A DNA stretch of 64,000 nucleotides from Candidatus Amesbacteria bacterium RIFCSPLOWO2_01_FULL_48_25 (GTDB taxonomy: Bacteria; Patescibacteriota; Microgenomatia; CAZETR01; Amesbacteraceae): the NCBI GenBank assembly GCA_001773695.1, contig MEXN01000006.1, positions 4,136-68,135 on the forward strand, read 5' to 3'. Positions within the stretch are counted from its first letter, which is position 1. Each line of letters starts with the position of its first letter. Position numbers and translations under genes: made by a program. This document shows positions 29,011 through 39,562 of this stretch, in pieces. The notes below the pieces were generated by a model, which was given only the letters and a program-made list of their open reading frames with translations, was not told the DNA's origin and did no database searches.

Positions 29011-30315
29011 GTGGATTTAATGGAAAAAATCGTTAGTCTGTGCAAGAGGAGGGGATTTGTGTATCCCGGCTCCGAAATCTACGGCGGTCTCAACGGGACT
29101 TGGGACTTGGGGCCTCTGGGCACATCATTGGCCAGAAACATTAAGCACGAATGGTGGAAGAGTACTGTAACACAACGAGATGACGTAGTAGGCCTTGACT
29201 CATCGATCCTTCATCACCCTAAAGTCTGGGAAGCTTCCGGCCACATAGCATCTTTCACTGACCCACTAATAGAATGCAAAAAATGCCACAATCGATTTAG
29301 ATTTGGATACGATCCTATAACAATATATCTCGACAAAGAAAAAGGTAAATATTGGATATGTCCCACATGTCATGAAAACAATTCCGGCGAACCAAGAGAT
29401 TTTAACCTGATGTTCAAGACATCATTGGGATCGGTCGAAGAAACAGCAACGGAACTATATCTAAGACCGGAAACAGCTCAGGGAATTTTTATTAATTTCC
29501 TTAATGTTATTAACTCTACCCGAGTGACAATCCCATTTGGTATCGCCCAAATTGGCAAGGGTTTTAGAAACGAGATTACCACTGGTAACTTTCTCTTCCG
29601 GGTCCGTGAATTTGAGATGATGGAACTGGAGTTTTTCGTCAAGCCAGGAACCGACAGCGAGTGGTTCATAACCTGGAAACAAGAAAGGCTAAATTGGTAT
29701 CTAAATCTGGGTGTGAATAAATCTAAAATCAAATTGGTCGATTTACCCAAAGAAGAAATAGCTCATTACTCCAAAGGTACGTCGGAAATCTGGTATGACT
29801 GGCCATTCATGGGTTGGGGAGAGCTCGAAGGTATCGCCAATCGCGGCGACTATGACCTGACCCAACATTCAAAACATTCCGGAAAATACCTAGTCTACGA
29901 CGACTACACTCCTTATGTAATTGAACCTTCGGTCGGTGTTGGCCGCGCCATGTTGGCCTTTCTTGTGGACGCCTATTCCGAAGTAGGGGATCGGGTCATT
30001 CTGAAACTCCACCCCCGGCTCGCCCCTCATAAAGTCGCGGTATTTTCCCTAGTCGCCAACAAAGAGGAACTAGTCCAAAAAGCCAAATCTCTCTATCTCT
30101 CTCTCAAATCTCAGTTCCCCGCAGTCTGGGACGACCGAGGTAATATTGGCAAGCGTTATTACGCCCAGGACGAAATCGGCACCCCCTGGTGCGTTACCGT
30201 CGACTATCAGACACTTGAGGATGATACTGTCACTGTTCGTGACCGCGACACCGCCCAGCAAGAACGCGTTTCAATCTCCCAACTTGACACTTATTTTGCT
30301 CAAAAGTTAAAGTAG
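29011..30315 (+). CDS. glyQS: Glycine--tRNA ligase (alpha2 dimeric type)
   Basis: 'MEKIVSLCKRRGFVYPGSEIYGGLNGTWDLGPLG', a canonical GlyRS N-terminus. Confidence 0.85.
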   Translation: MDLMEKIVSLCKRRGFVYPGSEIYGGLNGTWDLGPLGTSLARNIKHEWWKSTVTQRDDVVGLDSSILHHPKVWEASGHIASFTDPLIECKKCHNRFRFGYDPITIYLDKEKGKYWICPTCHENNSGEPRDFNLMFKTSLGSVEETATELYLRPETAQGIFINFLNVINSTRVTIPFGIAQIGKGFRNEITTGNFLFRVREFEMMELEFFVKPGTDSEWFITWKQERLNWYLNLGVNKSKIKLVDLPKEEIAHYSKGTSEIWYDWPFMGWGELEGIANRGDYDLTQHSKHSGKYLVYDDYTPYVIEPSVGVGRAMLAFLVDAYSEVGDRVILKLHPRLAPHKVAVFSLVANKEELVQKAKSLYLSLKSQFPAVWDDRGNIGKRYYAQDEIGTPWCVTVDYQTLEDDTVTVRDRDTAQQERVSISQLDTYFAQKLK

Positions 30316-30319
30316 TTAA

Positions 30320-30817
30320 ATGCCTAAAAAATACTTTCTTGCTGTCGGGGTTCTAATCGTCCTATTGATTTTAGGCTTCGTTTTTAAATCATCTTTTTTA
30401 AGTCGCAAATCAGTCCCCACCCACACACCCACTTTAGGCTTTGCCGAGCAGCTTCCGTCGGAAAAACATCCCAAAGTCAGCTTGGATTTTAGTTCAGACG
30501 GCCATTATGTCACCGTCAACATCACAAGCATCCACTCGGATCAACTGGAATATAATTTGATTTACGACGCTACTGTCAAAAAAGACCGCATTCAAACCGG
30601 TGTCAACGCCTCGGCCAAATTAAACGGCAAAAACGAATATTCTTACCGGCAACTTCTAGGCTCAGAGTCATCGGGCAAATTCACATATCACGCCAATATT
30701 CAAAATGCCGTCATGGAACTGACTCTGCGCGACTCCGCCAATCGTTCCATTTTCACCGCCACATACCCCTTCACCGTCACCCCAGGCTCATCAGCTAACT
30801 TAGCCGTTTCCCAATAA
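30320..30817 (+). CDS. Hypothetical membrane-anchored protein
   Basis: N-terminal TM helix; no known family. Confidence 0.4.
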   Translation: MPKKYFLAVGVLIVLLILGFVFKSSFLSRKSVPTHTPTLGFAEQLPSEKHPKVSLDFSSDGHYVTVNITSIHSDQLEYNLIYDATVKKDRIQTGVNASAKLNGKNEYSYRQLLGSESSGKFTYHANIQNAVMELTLRDSANRSIFTATYPFTVTPGSSANLAVSQ

Positions 30818-30882
30818 ATAACCCCCCTACTCTTACCCTTCGCATTTTATTTGTCTTGACAGCTCCGTGAAAATGGAACATA

Positions 30883-30907
30883 GTGGTACATGGTGGTAAG
30901 AAGTGGT
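30883..30907 (+). promoter_or_regulatory. Putative MraZ operator: three GTGGT boxes at exactly 10-bp spacing upstream of mraZ
   Basis: GTGGT at 30883, 30893 and 30903 ('gtggtacatggtggtaagaagtggta'). A TTGACA -35-like hexamer lies at 30856-30861. Confidence 0.6.
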
Positions 30908-30918
30908 ATATATCAACC

Positions 30919-31344
30919 ATGTTTATTGGACAGTATGATCATTCACTCGAAGCTAAAGGCCGCCTCTCAATTCCGAAAAAATTCCGTTCCCAACTTGAAG
31001 GTGGTGCCATTTTAAGCCAAGGCTTAGACGGCTGTTTGTTTCTGTACCCGAAAGCCGCTTGGGAACAGCTCATTTCCAAATTGTCCCAGTTGCCATTAAC
31101 CCGGACTGACGCCCGCGGATTCACTCGTGCCCTGTCCTACGGGGCTACAGAGGTCGAAATTGACTCCCTTGGTCGGATTCTCATGCCGGACTACCTCCGC
31201 CAGTTCGCTAGTATCACCAACCACTGCATAGTGGCAGGAGCAGTCGACCGGATCGAAATCTGGGACAAATCCAAGTTTGAAATCTACACTTCCCAAATTA
31301 ATTCCAAAAGGGAAGAGATAGCTGAAAAACTTGAATTACCATAA
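30919..31344 (+). CDS. mraZ: Transcriptional regulator MraZ
   Basis: 'MFIGQYDHSLEAKGRLSIPKKFR', a canonical MraZ start. Start moved to the internal ATG at 30919. Confidence 0.85.
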   Translation: MFIGQYDHSLEAKGRLSIPKKFRSQLEGGAILSQGLDGCLFLYPKAAWEQLISKLSQLPLTRTDARGFTRALSYGATEVEIDSLGRILMPDYLRQFASITNHCIVAGAVDRIEIWDKSKFEIYTSQINSKREEIAEKLELP

Positions 31345-32119
31345 TCCTGTACTTTTACAAGAAGCTATCGCGTTTTTAGCCGTTCAACCGGGTAAAAGGT
31401 ACATCGACTGCACCTTAGGTGGCGGCGGCCACACGGCCGAAATTATCCGTCGGGGAGGTCTTGTTCTCGGCCTGGATCAGGACCCTGAAGCTCTATCTGC
31501 TTGCCCTGAGCTTGAGGGTCTTACCAAGGTCCAATCCAACTTTATTCATCTGTCCGAAGTCGCCAAAAAATACAACTGGTATCCAGTATCAGGTATCTTA
31601 TTTGACTTAGGAGTTTCATCGCATCAAATAAATTCATCCCAAAGGGGCTTTTCTTTCCAAACGGACGGCCCTCTCGATATGCGGATGGACAAATCGTTGC
31701 CAAACACGGCCGCAGATCTAGTCAATCAGTTGCCAGTTAGCCAGTTAGCGATTTTATTTAAAGATTTCGGCGAAATTCCCGTCGCCAAAATGTTGGCCGA
31801 AAAGATTATTTCGACCAGACCACTTTCCACCACCATGGACTTAGCAAAAATTACTAAGAAATGGTCCCAGCAAGCATTCCAAGCCTTACGCATGGCCGTC
31901 AACGACGAGTTGAATGCTCTGAAATCAGGACTTCCCCAGGCATATGAATTGCTTGAACCCTCCGGTCGGCTGGTTGTTATCAGCTTTCATTCACTAGAGG
32001 ACCGCGTAGTCAAGCAGTCTTTCAAAAGTCTGGCTGACCAAAAATTAGTTACTATTCTCACTCCAAAACCGGTGATCGGGACCAAAAACGCCAAGCTTCG
32101 AGCCTTGTCTAAAATATGA
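31331..32119 (+). CDS. rsmH: 16S rRNA (cytosine1402-N4)-methyltransferase RsmH (MraW)
   Basis: 'HNPVLLQEAIAFL...YIDCTLGGGGHTAEII...GLDQDPEAL'. Confidence 0.85.
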   Translation: MNYHNPVLLQEAIAFLAVQPGKRYIDCTLGGGGHTAEIIRRGGLVLGLDQDPEALSACPELEGLTKVQSNFIHLSEVAKKYNWYPVSGILFDLGVSSHQINSSQRGFSFQTDGPLDMRMDKSLPNTAADLVNQLPVSQLAILFKDFGEIPVAKMLAEKIISTRPLSTTMDLAKITKKWSQQAFQALRMAVNDELNALKSGLPQAYELLEPSGRLVVISFHSLEDRVVKQSFKSLADQKLVTILTPKPVIGTKNAKLRALSKI

Positions 32120-32400
32120 ATCATATCCACAAATCCCGCCTATTACCCATCTCGATTTTCATCAATGTAGCCCTGTTGTTGGGCCAATTTGTATTGTCCT
32201 CGGTCCGTTCCTCCCAAGGCCAGTTGGTTTGGAGTTTGGAAACCCGCCAAGAATTCCTCCAAAACCAAAATAAGGAGCTCCAAAGTCAAATTTACCATCT
32301 GTCGTCAGTCCAGTATCTGTCTCAATCCGCCCAAAGCCGGCACCTGGTCCCCATCAGGACCGAAACCATCACCCCCCCCTCTATGGCTTCCTTACCATGA
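32116..32400 (+). CDS. ftsL: Cell division protein FtsL-like (small bitopic coiled-coil protein)
   Basis: 94 aa with one TM helix and a Gln-rich coiled coil; sits between rsmH and ftsI. Confidence 0.5.
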   Translation: MNHIHKSRLLPISIFINVALLLGQFVLSSVRSSQGQLVWSLETRQEFLQNQNKELQSQIYHLSSVQYLSQSAQSRHLVPIRTETITPPSMASLP

Positions 32401-34085
32401 CCGGTCGTATCCGCCTTCTGCAAGTTTTCTTTTGCTTGATAAGCGTTATCGTTATTCTGCGGCTGGGCTATTGGCAGATAATAAAAAGCCCAGGATTATC
32501 TAGACAGGCTCAGCTTCAATACCAATCATCATCCGCTCTACCCGCGCCCAGAGGCCGTATTTTAAGTGCAGATGGACATCCACTGGCAGATAACCATCTC
32601 CAGTTCAACTTGATTTCGGACCCAATGGTGCTCACCCGTGATTTTTCCTTGCTAAACCAGCTTCTTGAGCTGCTACCCCAGCCATCTTCAGCAGCCGCGT
32701 CACTTAAAAGGGCCCAGGACAAAAAATCACGTTGGTTAACTCTGGCTACCCGCCTGAACTGGGAAGATTTGAAAAAAATAGACAAGTTAAATCTTTCAGG
32801 TTTAAGCTCCGAAGCCGTACCAGTACGGGTATACCCCGAGGGCAGCTCTAGCGCCCATCTTTTAGGATTTGTGGGCAAAAACGATTCCGGACAACCCCAG
32901 GGATACTTCGGTTTGGAAGGCTTCTACAATCGCGAGCTTTCCGGCCGGCCCGGCTTGTTGTTCCAAGAACGTGACGCTTTCAACCGCCCTATACTCTTGA
33001 GGAGCGAAAACAAAATTTTTGCCCAACCAGGTCGTGATCTGTCAACATCAATAGACCGCACGGTCCAATTTATTATCCACAATCGACTCTTGACCGGCCT
33101 TTCCAAATACCAGGCTTCGGCCGGAACCGTTTTAGTCATGGATCCCAATTCTGGACGTGTCTTGGGTATGACCGCACTCCCAAACTACGATCCCCTTGAA
33201 TATTATTCATTTCCTTCCCACCTCTATCGCAATCCACTCACTTCAGAAAGCTACGAGCCGGGCAGCACGTTTAAAACCATTGTTATGTCTTCGGCCCTAG
33301 ACGCCCGCGCCGTCACCCCCGAAACCGAATGCACCATTTGCACCGGACCTGTGAATATTGGGGACATGGCAGTCAGGAGTTGGAACGACAAGTATTACCC
33401 AAAAAGTTCCATGACGGACGTTATTCTTCACTCGGACAATGTAGGCATGGTGTTTGTTGGTCGAAAATTAGGTAAGACCAAACTTTTGGACTACATCCGT
33501 CGGTTTGGCTTTGGCGCTCCCACAGGAATAGACCTAGAAGGTGAAATTGCCCCACCTCTGCGGGATGATAACCGGTGGGCCGAGATAGACCTGGCCACGA
33601 TTTCTTTTGGACAGGGCATAGCCGTAACTCCACTCCAGATGGTCACTGCCGTCTCGGCCATTGCCAACGGTGGAAAGTTAACCGCCCCCCGAGTAGTAAC
33701 GTCGATAGGTGACGCGAAAAACCCCAAAAATGTTCCTCAGACCAAACCAATCCAGGTTATTTCCAGGTTGACTGCCTCTCAAATTACTCAAATGATGATC
33801 AACGGCGTAAACCGCGGGGAGGTCCGATATTATAAACCTCAAGGATATCTGATCGCCGGTAAAACCGGCACCGCCCAGGTACCCATAGAGGGCCATTATG
33901 ACAAGGAAAAAACCATCGCCTCATTTATTGGTTTTGCCCCGGCGGATGATCCTAAATTCGCCATGCTGGTTACACTTAACGATCCTCAGACTTCGCCCTG
34001 GGGGAGTACTACTGCCGCCCCCTTATGGTTTGACATCGCCCGCGACCTCTTTCGTTACTTTGGTCTTGGACCGTCAAGGGAGTGA
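32397..34085 (+). CDS. ftsI: Peptidoglycan D,D-transpeptidase FtsI (class B PBP)
   Basis: SxxK 'STFK', SxN 'HSDN' and KTGT 'KTGTA' motifs. Confidence 0.85.
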   Translation: MTGRIRLLQVFFCLISVIVILRLGYWQIIKSPGLSRQAQLQYQSSSALPAPRGRILSADGHPLADNHLQFNLISDPMVLTRDFSLLNQLLELLPQPSSAAASLKRAQDKKSRWLTLATRLNWEDLKKIDKLNLSGLSSEAVPVRVYPEGSSSAHLLGFVGKNDSGQPQGYFGLEGFYNRELSGRPGLLFQERDAFNRPILLRSENKIFAQPGRDLSTSIDRTVQFIIHNRLLTGLSKYQASAGTVLVMDPNSGRVLGMTALPNYDPLEYYSFPSHLYRNPLTSESYEPGSTFKTIVMSSALDARAVTPETECTICTGPVNIGDMAVRSWNDKYYPKSSMTDVILHSDNVGMVFVGRKLGKTKLLDYIRRFGFGAPTGIDLEGEIAPPLRDDNRWAEIDLATISFGQGIAVTPLQMVTAVSAIANGGKLTAPRVVTSIGDAKNPKNVPQTKPIQVISRLTASQITQMMINGVNRGEVRYYKPQGYLIAGKTGTAQVPIEGHYDKEKTIASFIGFAPADDPKFAMLVTLNDPQTSPWGSTTAAPLWFDIARDLFRYFGLGPSRE

Positions 34086-34106
34086 AGCGGGGTATAATTA
34101 AGACCA

Positions 34107-34457
34107 ATGATCAAAAAACACGTCATCTCAGTGAGTCACGCCCTAGCCGGTCTGGCTTACGGACTGAGTACTCAACCCAATTTTCAGGTTCACTTAACAT
34201 TATCCATTCTCTCGATAATTGCCGGAACCATATTAAAATTATCGCCTGTCGAGTGGACAATATTGTTTTTGGTCATAGGCTGTGGACTGGCTGTCGAGTT
34301 TATAAACACTTCCATCGAGTCAGCGGTTGATCTTATAACCGATAAATATCACCTGCAAGCCAAAATAGCCAAGGATACGGCAGCCGCCGCCATGCTCATC
34401 TACGCCATAACCGCAATAGTAGTTGCATTCTTCCTATTCATCCCGAAAATTGTATGA
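34107..34457 (+). CDS. dgkA: Diacylglycerol kinase / undecaprenol kinase family (DgkA)
   Basis: 'VEFINTSIESAVDLITDKYHLQAKIAKDTAAAAMLI' matches DgkA 'E..NSAIE..VD....H..A..AKD.GSAAV'. Confidence 0.65.
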   Translation: MIKKHVISVSHALAGLAYGLSTQPNFQVHLTLSILSIIAGTILKLSPVEWTILFLVIGCGLAVEFINTSIESAVDLITDKYHLQAKIAKDTAAAAMLIYAITAIVVAFFLFIPKIV

Positions 34458-35485
34458 CGCTTTTTTTAGGAATTCTTCTTTTCTCTTTTATTATCAACAG
34501 TCTAGCCATAGTTCCATTTATTAATTTTCTCTACCGCATCAGACTAATCTATCATCCTAAGTATTCAGGTCTAACCCGGGATAACACCACCCATTCGCAC
34601 CTTTTACATCGGCTGCATGCCTGGAAAGCCGGTACTCCCATTGGCGCCGGCCTACTTTTGCTTACCACCACTTCACTTCTTTGTGCCGCCATCTACCCCG
34701 CAATTACCCGGGCTGGAATCGCAATTACCTCACTTTTCCCCAAACACGAAGAATTAAATGTGGTTTTTTTTACTTTTCTCTCTTTCGGTCTGCTCGGCTT
34801 ATTTGATGACCTGGCCAAAATTTTCCCCCATACAGGTATTCCACAAATATCTCTACGGGTCAAAACTTTTCTGCAAATGTGTCTAGCCGTAATCTCCGCT
34901 CTTCTTCTTTATAAGAATCTTGGTCTGTCTGGAATAAATCTGCCTTTTATGGGCAGTTTATCTTTGGGGTGGGCATATGTCCCCGCATCAGCGTTAGTAA
35001 TATATATTTTTTCCGCCGGCTACGATTTCACGGACGGACTTGATGGCCTAGCCGCCGGAATTTTGTTAATTGGCCTCTTTGCTTTTTGGAGCATTTCGGC
35101 TAGCCATCTAGATACAATCCTATCAGTTTTTATTTCACTTTGGATCGGCGGCTTACTGGCTTTTTTGTACTTCAATATCTATCCCGCTCGCCTTTGGCTG
35201 GGAAACAGCGGCTCATTGGCCTTCGGGGCCACATTCGCAGTCATCGGCCTATTACTGGGTAAAACTACTGCTCTTTTAGTAATCGGCTTCATATTTATTG
35301 CCGAAATAGGCAGTTCCATCCTCCAATACCTTTCTTTAAAATTACTAAAGTTTCGTTTATTTCCCATCACCCCGCTCCACCACTGGCTTCAGGTAATCGG
35401 CTGGCCGGAACCAAAAATTGTTCTTCGGGCTTGGATAATAACCATTATGTTTTCGGTTTTTGGACTGTGGCTGGCTCAAATCTAA
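34454..35485 (+). CDS. mraY: Phospho-N-acetylmuramoyl-pentapeptide transferase
   Basis: Polytopic protein; 'DDLAKI' and 'DGLDGLA' MraY motifs. Confidence 0.85.
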   Translation: MTLFLGILLFSFIINSLAIVPFINFLYRIRLIYHPKYSGLTRDNTTHSHLLHRLHAWKAGTPIGAGLLLLTTTSLLCAAIYPAITRAGIAITSLFPKHEELNVVFFTFLSFGLLGLFDDLAKIFPHTGIPQISLRVKTFLQMCLAVISALLLYKNLGLSGINLPFMGSLSLGWAYVPASALVIYIFSAGYDFTDGLDGLAAGILLIGLFAFWSISASHLDTILSVFISLWIGGLLAFLYFNIYPARLWLGNSGSLAFGATFAVIGLLLGKTTALLVIGFIFIAEIGSSILQYLSLKLLKFRLFPITPLHHWLQVIGWPEPKIVLRAWIITIMFSVFGLWLAQI

Positions 35486-36549
35486 ATCGGCTGTCTCACC
35501 TAATTTGGCTGTTGACATTCATACTGGCAGCTTTTGGCCTGCTAACTATAGGAAGCGCTTCTACAGCAACCGCCCTGGCGGACTTTCAAGACCCCTGGCA
35601 CTATGTGAAACTTCAGGCAATCTGGGTTGCATTGGGCGTTATCAGTTTTGTTTTAGTTCGTAAATTGCCCATGAGTTTTTTTAAAAAAAATTCTCGCTGG
35701 ATATATTTAGGCGGTCTTATAGCCCTAGCTCTCGTTTTTATACCAGGACTGGGACTAAAAATTGCCGGTGCCAGAAGATGGCTTGGCCTCGGCTGGTTTT
35801 CATTCCAACCAGCTGAGTTTGCCAAACTAACGCTGGTAATTTATCTCAGCCGGTTTTTTACCGATGTAAATTTCAAAATACCGGCATTTCTCTGGGCGGT
35901 AGGACTTTATTGTTTGCTGGTTATATCCGAGCCGGATTTGGGTACCACCCTGGTCTTGTCCGGCATCGGCCTCCTCATGTTCTATGTCTGCTCCGGGAGA
36001 ACTAAACAATTGTTGCTTTTAGCTCCGCTTGGGCTAATACTCTCCCTGTTACTTATAGTCATCTCCCCTTACCGCCTCTCCCGGCTTAAAACATATCTTA
36101 ACTCCTCCCACGATCCTCAAGGTTCCTCGTACCAGATTCGCCAAGCGCTTATTGGCTTGGGGTCAGGCGGGTGGTTGGGTACCGGGTTAGGCCAATCCCG
36201 CCAGAAATATGAGTTTCTCCCCGCGGTCACCACAGATTCTATCTTCGTCATAGTCGGTGAAGAGTTCGGCTTCGTCGGATCGGTGATAGTGGTATCAGCT
36301 TTTCTTTTTCTAGTGCTTATCGGATTGGAAATTTCCAAAGTCGCTCCTGATAAATTCACTTCACATCTTGCAGTGGGCATCACTGGCTGGATTGGCTTGC
36401 AAACCTTTTTGAACTTGAGCGCAGTTACCGCCCTGGTACCGCTTACTGGTGTCCCACTGCCTTTTATCTCCTACGGCGGATCGTCCGTAATATCTCTGTT
36501 TATTGCCTCGGGTATTTTAGCGAACATTGCAAAAGGGAACACATGCTAG
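35431..36549 (+). CDS. ftsW: SEDS-family peptidoglycan glycosyltransferase FtsW
   Basis: SEDS signatures 'EPDLGTT' and 'LPFISYGGSS'; dcw position. The start is uncertain: the ORF overlaps mraY by 55 nt. Confidence 0.8.
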   Translation: MDNNHYVFGFWTVAGSNLNRLSHLIWLLTFILAAFGLLTIGSASTATALADFQDPWHYVKLQAIWVALGVISFVLVRKLPMSFFKKNSRWIYLGGLIALALVFIPGLGLKIAGARRWLGLGWFSFQPAEFAKLTLVIYLSRFFTDVNFKIPAFLWAVGLYCLLVISEPDLGTTLVLSGIGLLMFYVCSGRTKQLLLLAPLGLILSLLLIVISPYRLSRLKTYLNSSHDPQGSSYQIRQALIGLGSGGWLGTGLGQSRQKYEFLPAVTTDSIFVIVGEEFGFVGSVIVVSAFLFLVLIGLEISKVAPDKFTSHLAVGITGWIGLQTFLNLSAVTALVPLTGVPLPFISYGGSSVISLFIASGILANIAKGNTC

Positions 36550-37592
36550 TCTTTACCGGCGGACACCACACCAGCGCTCTCGAAGTAGCCAAATCTCTCC
36601 AAAAACAAGGATACTTTATAATCTGGTTTGGGCACAGACACTCAATGTGGGGGGACCAAGCGAACTCGGCCGAATACCTTGAAGTTACAAGCCAGGGCGT
36701 CCCTTTTTACGATCTTCAGGCGGGTAAGTTCTATCACACCTTTCACCCTCTCAAACTTTTACGGCTTCCCTGGGGATTTATCCAGGCTTTTTATTGGCTA
36801 GCTAAAATTCACCCCAAGGGAATTGTTTCATTTGGGGGTTATTTGGCGGTGCCTACAGTGATTTGTGGCTGGCTCTTGGGCATTCCCTCCATCACCCACG
36901 AACAAACACCAGTCTTCGGCTGGGCCAATAGCTTAATTGCCCTATTTGTCAAAAAGATCGCCCTCACCTGGCCCCAAAGTTTATCCCATTATCCCAAATC
37001 TAAGGCCGTACTTACCGGCCTCCCTATCCGCCCGGAAATTTTAAAAATTGCTAAAAATAAACTTAGCACTTCGCACTTAGCACTTAGAACTATTTATATT
37101 ACCGGCGGGAAACAAGGTTCGCACATTTTAAACCAAACAGTATTTGATTCAAGGGATCGACTTTTATCGGATTACAAAATTATCCACCAAACAGGGTCTC
37201 ACAGCCACGTTTCAGATTTCGAAACGGCAGCGTCTATTCGTCATTCAAGTTATTCTTATTTCGATTACGACTCTCAGAAAGCAGTTCAAGCACTCAGATC
37301 GGCCGATGTAGTTGTGAGCCGGGCAGGTGCACACACAACCTATGAACTTGGACTCTTGGGTAAACGCTGTGTTTTAATTCCTCTTCCCTACACTTCAAAC
37401 GACGAGCAAATAGCCAATGCCAAAATCCTAGAGTCAGCTAATCTGGCGGTGATTTTACCCCAGGAGCAACTGCAATCCGACTCGCTCATTTCTGCTATCG
37501 AATCGGCCATGAAATTAAACCCCGTTAAATTAAACTTACCTAAAGACGGATTGGAAAGATTAGTTCAATTAATTAAACAGGAGTTGGCTTGA
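36543..37592 (+). CDS. murG: Lipid II synthase: UDP-GlcNAc--undecaprenyl-PP-MurNAc-pentapeptide GlcNAc transferase MurG
   Basis: 'MLVFTGGHHTSALEVAKSL' N-terminus; GT28 fold; dcw position. Confidence 0.8.
   Translation: MLVFTGGHHTSALEVAKSLQKQGYFIIWFGHRHSMWGDQANSAEYLEVTSQGVPFYDLQAGKFYHTFHPLKLLRLPWGFIQAFYWLAKIHPKGIVSFGGYLAVPTVICGWLLGIPSITHEQTPVFGWANSLIALFVKKIALTWPQSLSHYPKSKAVLTGLPIRPEILKIAKNKLSTSHLALRTIYITGGKQGSHILNQTVFDSRDRLLSDYKIIHQTGSHSHVSDFETAASIRHSSYSYFDYDSQKAVQALRSADVVVSRAGAHTTYELGLLGKRCVLIPLPYTSNDEQIANAKILESANLAVILPQEQLQSDSLISAIESAMKLNPVKLNLPKDGLERLVQLIKQELA
37061..37090. repeat. Heptamer tandem array (acttagc x4) inside murG
   Basis: 'acttagc acttcgc acttagc acttaga'. Confidence 0.7.
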
Positions 37593-38260
37593 TGAAGAAA
37601 AATATCGGCTTGATTTTAGGCTTCAGTGCTTTATTAATAATTTCAGCCAGACTCGCATTTATAGCCAAAAAAATCGAATGCTTTTCCCAGTACGGCCCTT
37701 GCCCATCCGACTTGATCGCTATTTCTCAGTCCTTGGTGGGCACAAAGCTATTTTGGCCACTTCCCAAAACATATGCCCAGAATCTATTTTCGAAAAATTC
37801 ACAGGTCCAATCAATTAATCTCGATAGGCTTCTTCCCTCGACCCTGATCGTCCGGCTGACGTTCCGTCGGCCCGCTGGCATCGTTGCCTCTGTCCAGGGG
37901 CAGGGGGTCGTTGTTGATGATTCCGGATATGCATTTGCGTCAGCGTCGGGGGTATCACTCCCAATTTTGTTTTCCGATCACGTTCCGGCCCTTGGGACCA
38001 AATCTCCCTGGGAAGTAACCCAAGCCCTTGGTGTTTTAAGTCAAATTAGGGCCATGTATCCAACTATCTCACAAAGCAAACTCTCCGGTTCCCGGCTCGA
38101 TTTTTCACTTCCCCCAATTAATTCTGTTGTCATCGACTTAGACCGACTGGACAGCAATTGGTATACTGCTTTACAAGTAATTTTAGCAAGAAGTAAAATG
38201 ACAGGGAAGATACCGCGAAAAGTAGACCTCCGGTATTCACGTCCAGTCTTGGAATATTGA
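37589..38260 (+). CDS. ftsQ: Cell division protein FtsQ/DivIB-like
   Basis: N-terminal TM helix and a POTRA-like region; sits between murG and ftsA. Confidence 0.55.
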   Translation: MMKKNIGLILGFSALLIISARLAFIAKKIECFSQYGPCPSDLIAISQSLVGTKLFWPLPKTYAQNLFSKNSQVQSINLDRLLPSTLIVRLTFRRPAGIVASVQGQGVVVDDSGYAFASASGVSLPILFSDHVPALGTKSPWEVTQALGVLSQIRAMYPTISQSKLSGSRLDFSLPPINSVVIDLDRLDSNWYTALQVILARSKMTGKIPRKVDLRYSRPVLEY

Positions 38261-39504
38261 CAATGGCGAAAAACAAAATAATTTCTGCAATCGACATTGG
38301 TACCACAAAAATCACGGCCCTCATGGCTCAAATCAGGGACGAGGATGAGACACGTTTGCACGTCATCGGTGTAGCCACTACACCCTCCAAGGGCATCAGA
38401 AAGGGCCAAATAGTCAATATCGACGAGGCAGTAAGCTCAATAGTCGAAGCAGTCGAAGCCGCCGAAAGGATGGCCGGCTACAACCTGTCCCGCGCCTGGA
38501 TATCAGCCGGCGGTAGTCACATCGGCTCCCAAAATAGCCACGGAGTAGTAGCCGTCAGTCAGCCTCACGGTGAAATTAGGTCCGAAGACGTCCATCGGGT
38601 GTTAGATGCAGCCCAAGCCGTATCCTTGCCCTCATCTACCGAGATCATTCATGTCATTCCCAGAAATTTTAGTGTCGATAGCCAAGAAGGCGTCAAAGAT
38701 CCGATTGGGATGACCGGTGTCCGCCTGGAAGTGGATACCCATATCGTTACTGGATCCACAACGGGTATAAAAAATTTAAGCAAATGTATCTCGGAAGTAG
38801 GTTGTGATATTGCTGGCCTGGTATTTTCCGGGTTAGCCAGCAGCACTGCAGTGCTTACCGACACCGAAAAAGAGTTGGGCGTAATATTGATCGATGTCGG
38901 CGGCGGAACCACGGACATAGCCATTTATACTGACGGCGCCCTATCTTATTCCAGCGTCCTGCCGATAGGCGCCAAAAACGTGACCAACGATCTGGCTATT
39001 GGCTTGCGGATTTCTTTAGAAAGCGCCGAAAAAATTAAATTGTACCTCAGTCAACAAAAAACTCCCGCTGATGAATTGGACTTAGAAAAACTTAACCTTT
39101 CCGAAGAAATCAAATCTGTCTCCTTCAAGACCGTAGTTGAGGGCATTATCCGCCCCCGGCTCAATGAGATTTTCCAGTTGGTCGCCGGTGAAATAAAAAA
39201 AAGTTCCTTAGCCGGCCTGACTCCCGCCGGGGTAGTCTTGTGCGGCGGTGGAGCCATGACTGTCGGAATTACAGACTCGGCTAAGCGAACCTTAAGCATG
39301 CCGGTGCGCATCGGCACACCGGGAGGTATTTCTGGTCTAATCGACGATATCGAGACTCCGGCCTTCGCCACGTCCATCGGACTACTCAAATACGCAGTTT
39401 CCCAAGGGGAACAAGTCCAAATCAAGGGCCCGTCACTAGATACAATTCCTGGTCGTGGGTTCATTGGTAAGGTTACGGACATGATTAAATCTTTACTGCC
39501 CTAG
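38257..39504 (+). CDS. ftsA: Cell division protein FtsA
   Basis: '[18 protein letters not shown]' actin-fold phosphate-1 motif. Confidence 0.85.
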   Translation: MTMAKNKIISAIDIGTTKITALMAQIRDEDETRLHVIGVATTPSKGIRKGQIVNIDEAVSSIVEAVEAAERMAGYNLSRAWISAGGSHIGSQNSHGVVAVSQPHGEIRSEDVHRVLDAAQAVSLPSSTEIIHVIPRNFSVDSQEGVKDPIGMTGVRLEVDTHIVTGSTTGIKNLSKCISEVGCDIAGLVFSGLASSTAVLTDTEKELGVILIDVGGGTTDIAIYTDGALSYSSVLPIGAKNVTNDLAIGLRISLESAEKIKLYLSQQKTPADELDLEKLNLSEEIKSVSFKTVVEGIIRPRLNEIFQLVAGEIKKSSLAGLTPAGVVLCGGGAMTVGITDSAKRTLSMPVRIGTPGGISGLIDDIETPAFATSIGLLKYAVSQGEQVQIKGPSLDTIPGRGFIGKVTDMIKSLLP

Positions 39505-39562
39505 ACACTACTGCTACAATCAGCCCTGTTCTGCCCAACGTACCTTACTCTTTAGTTTATTT

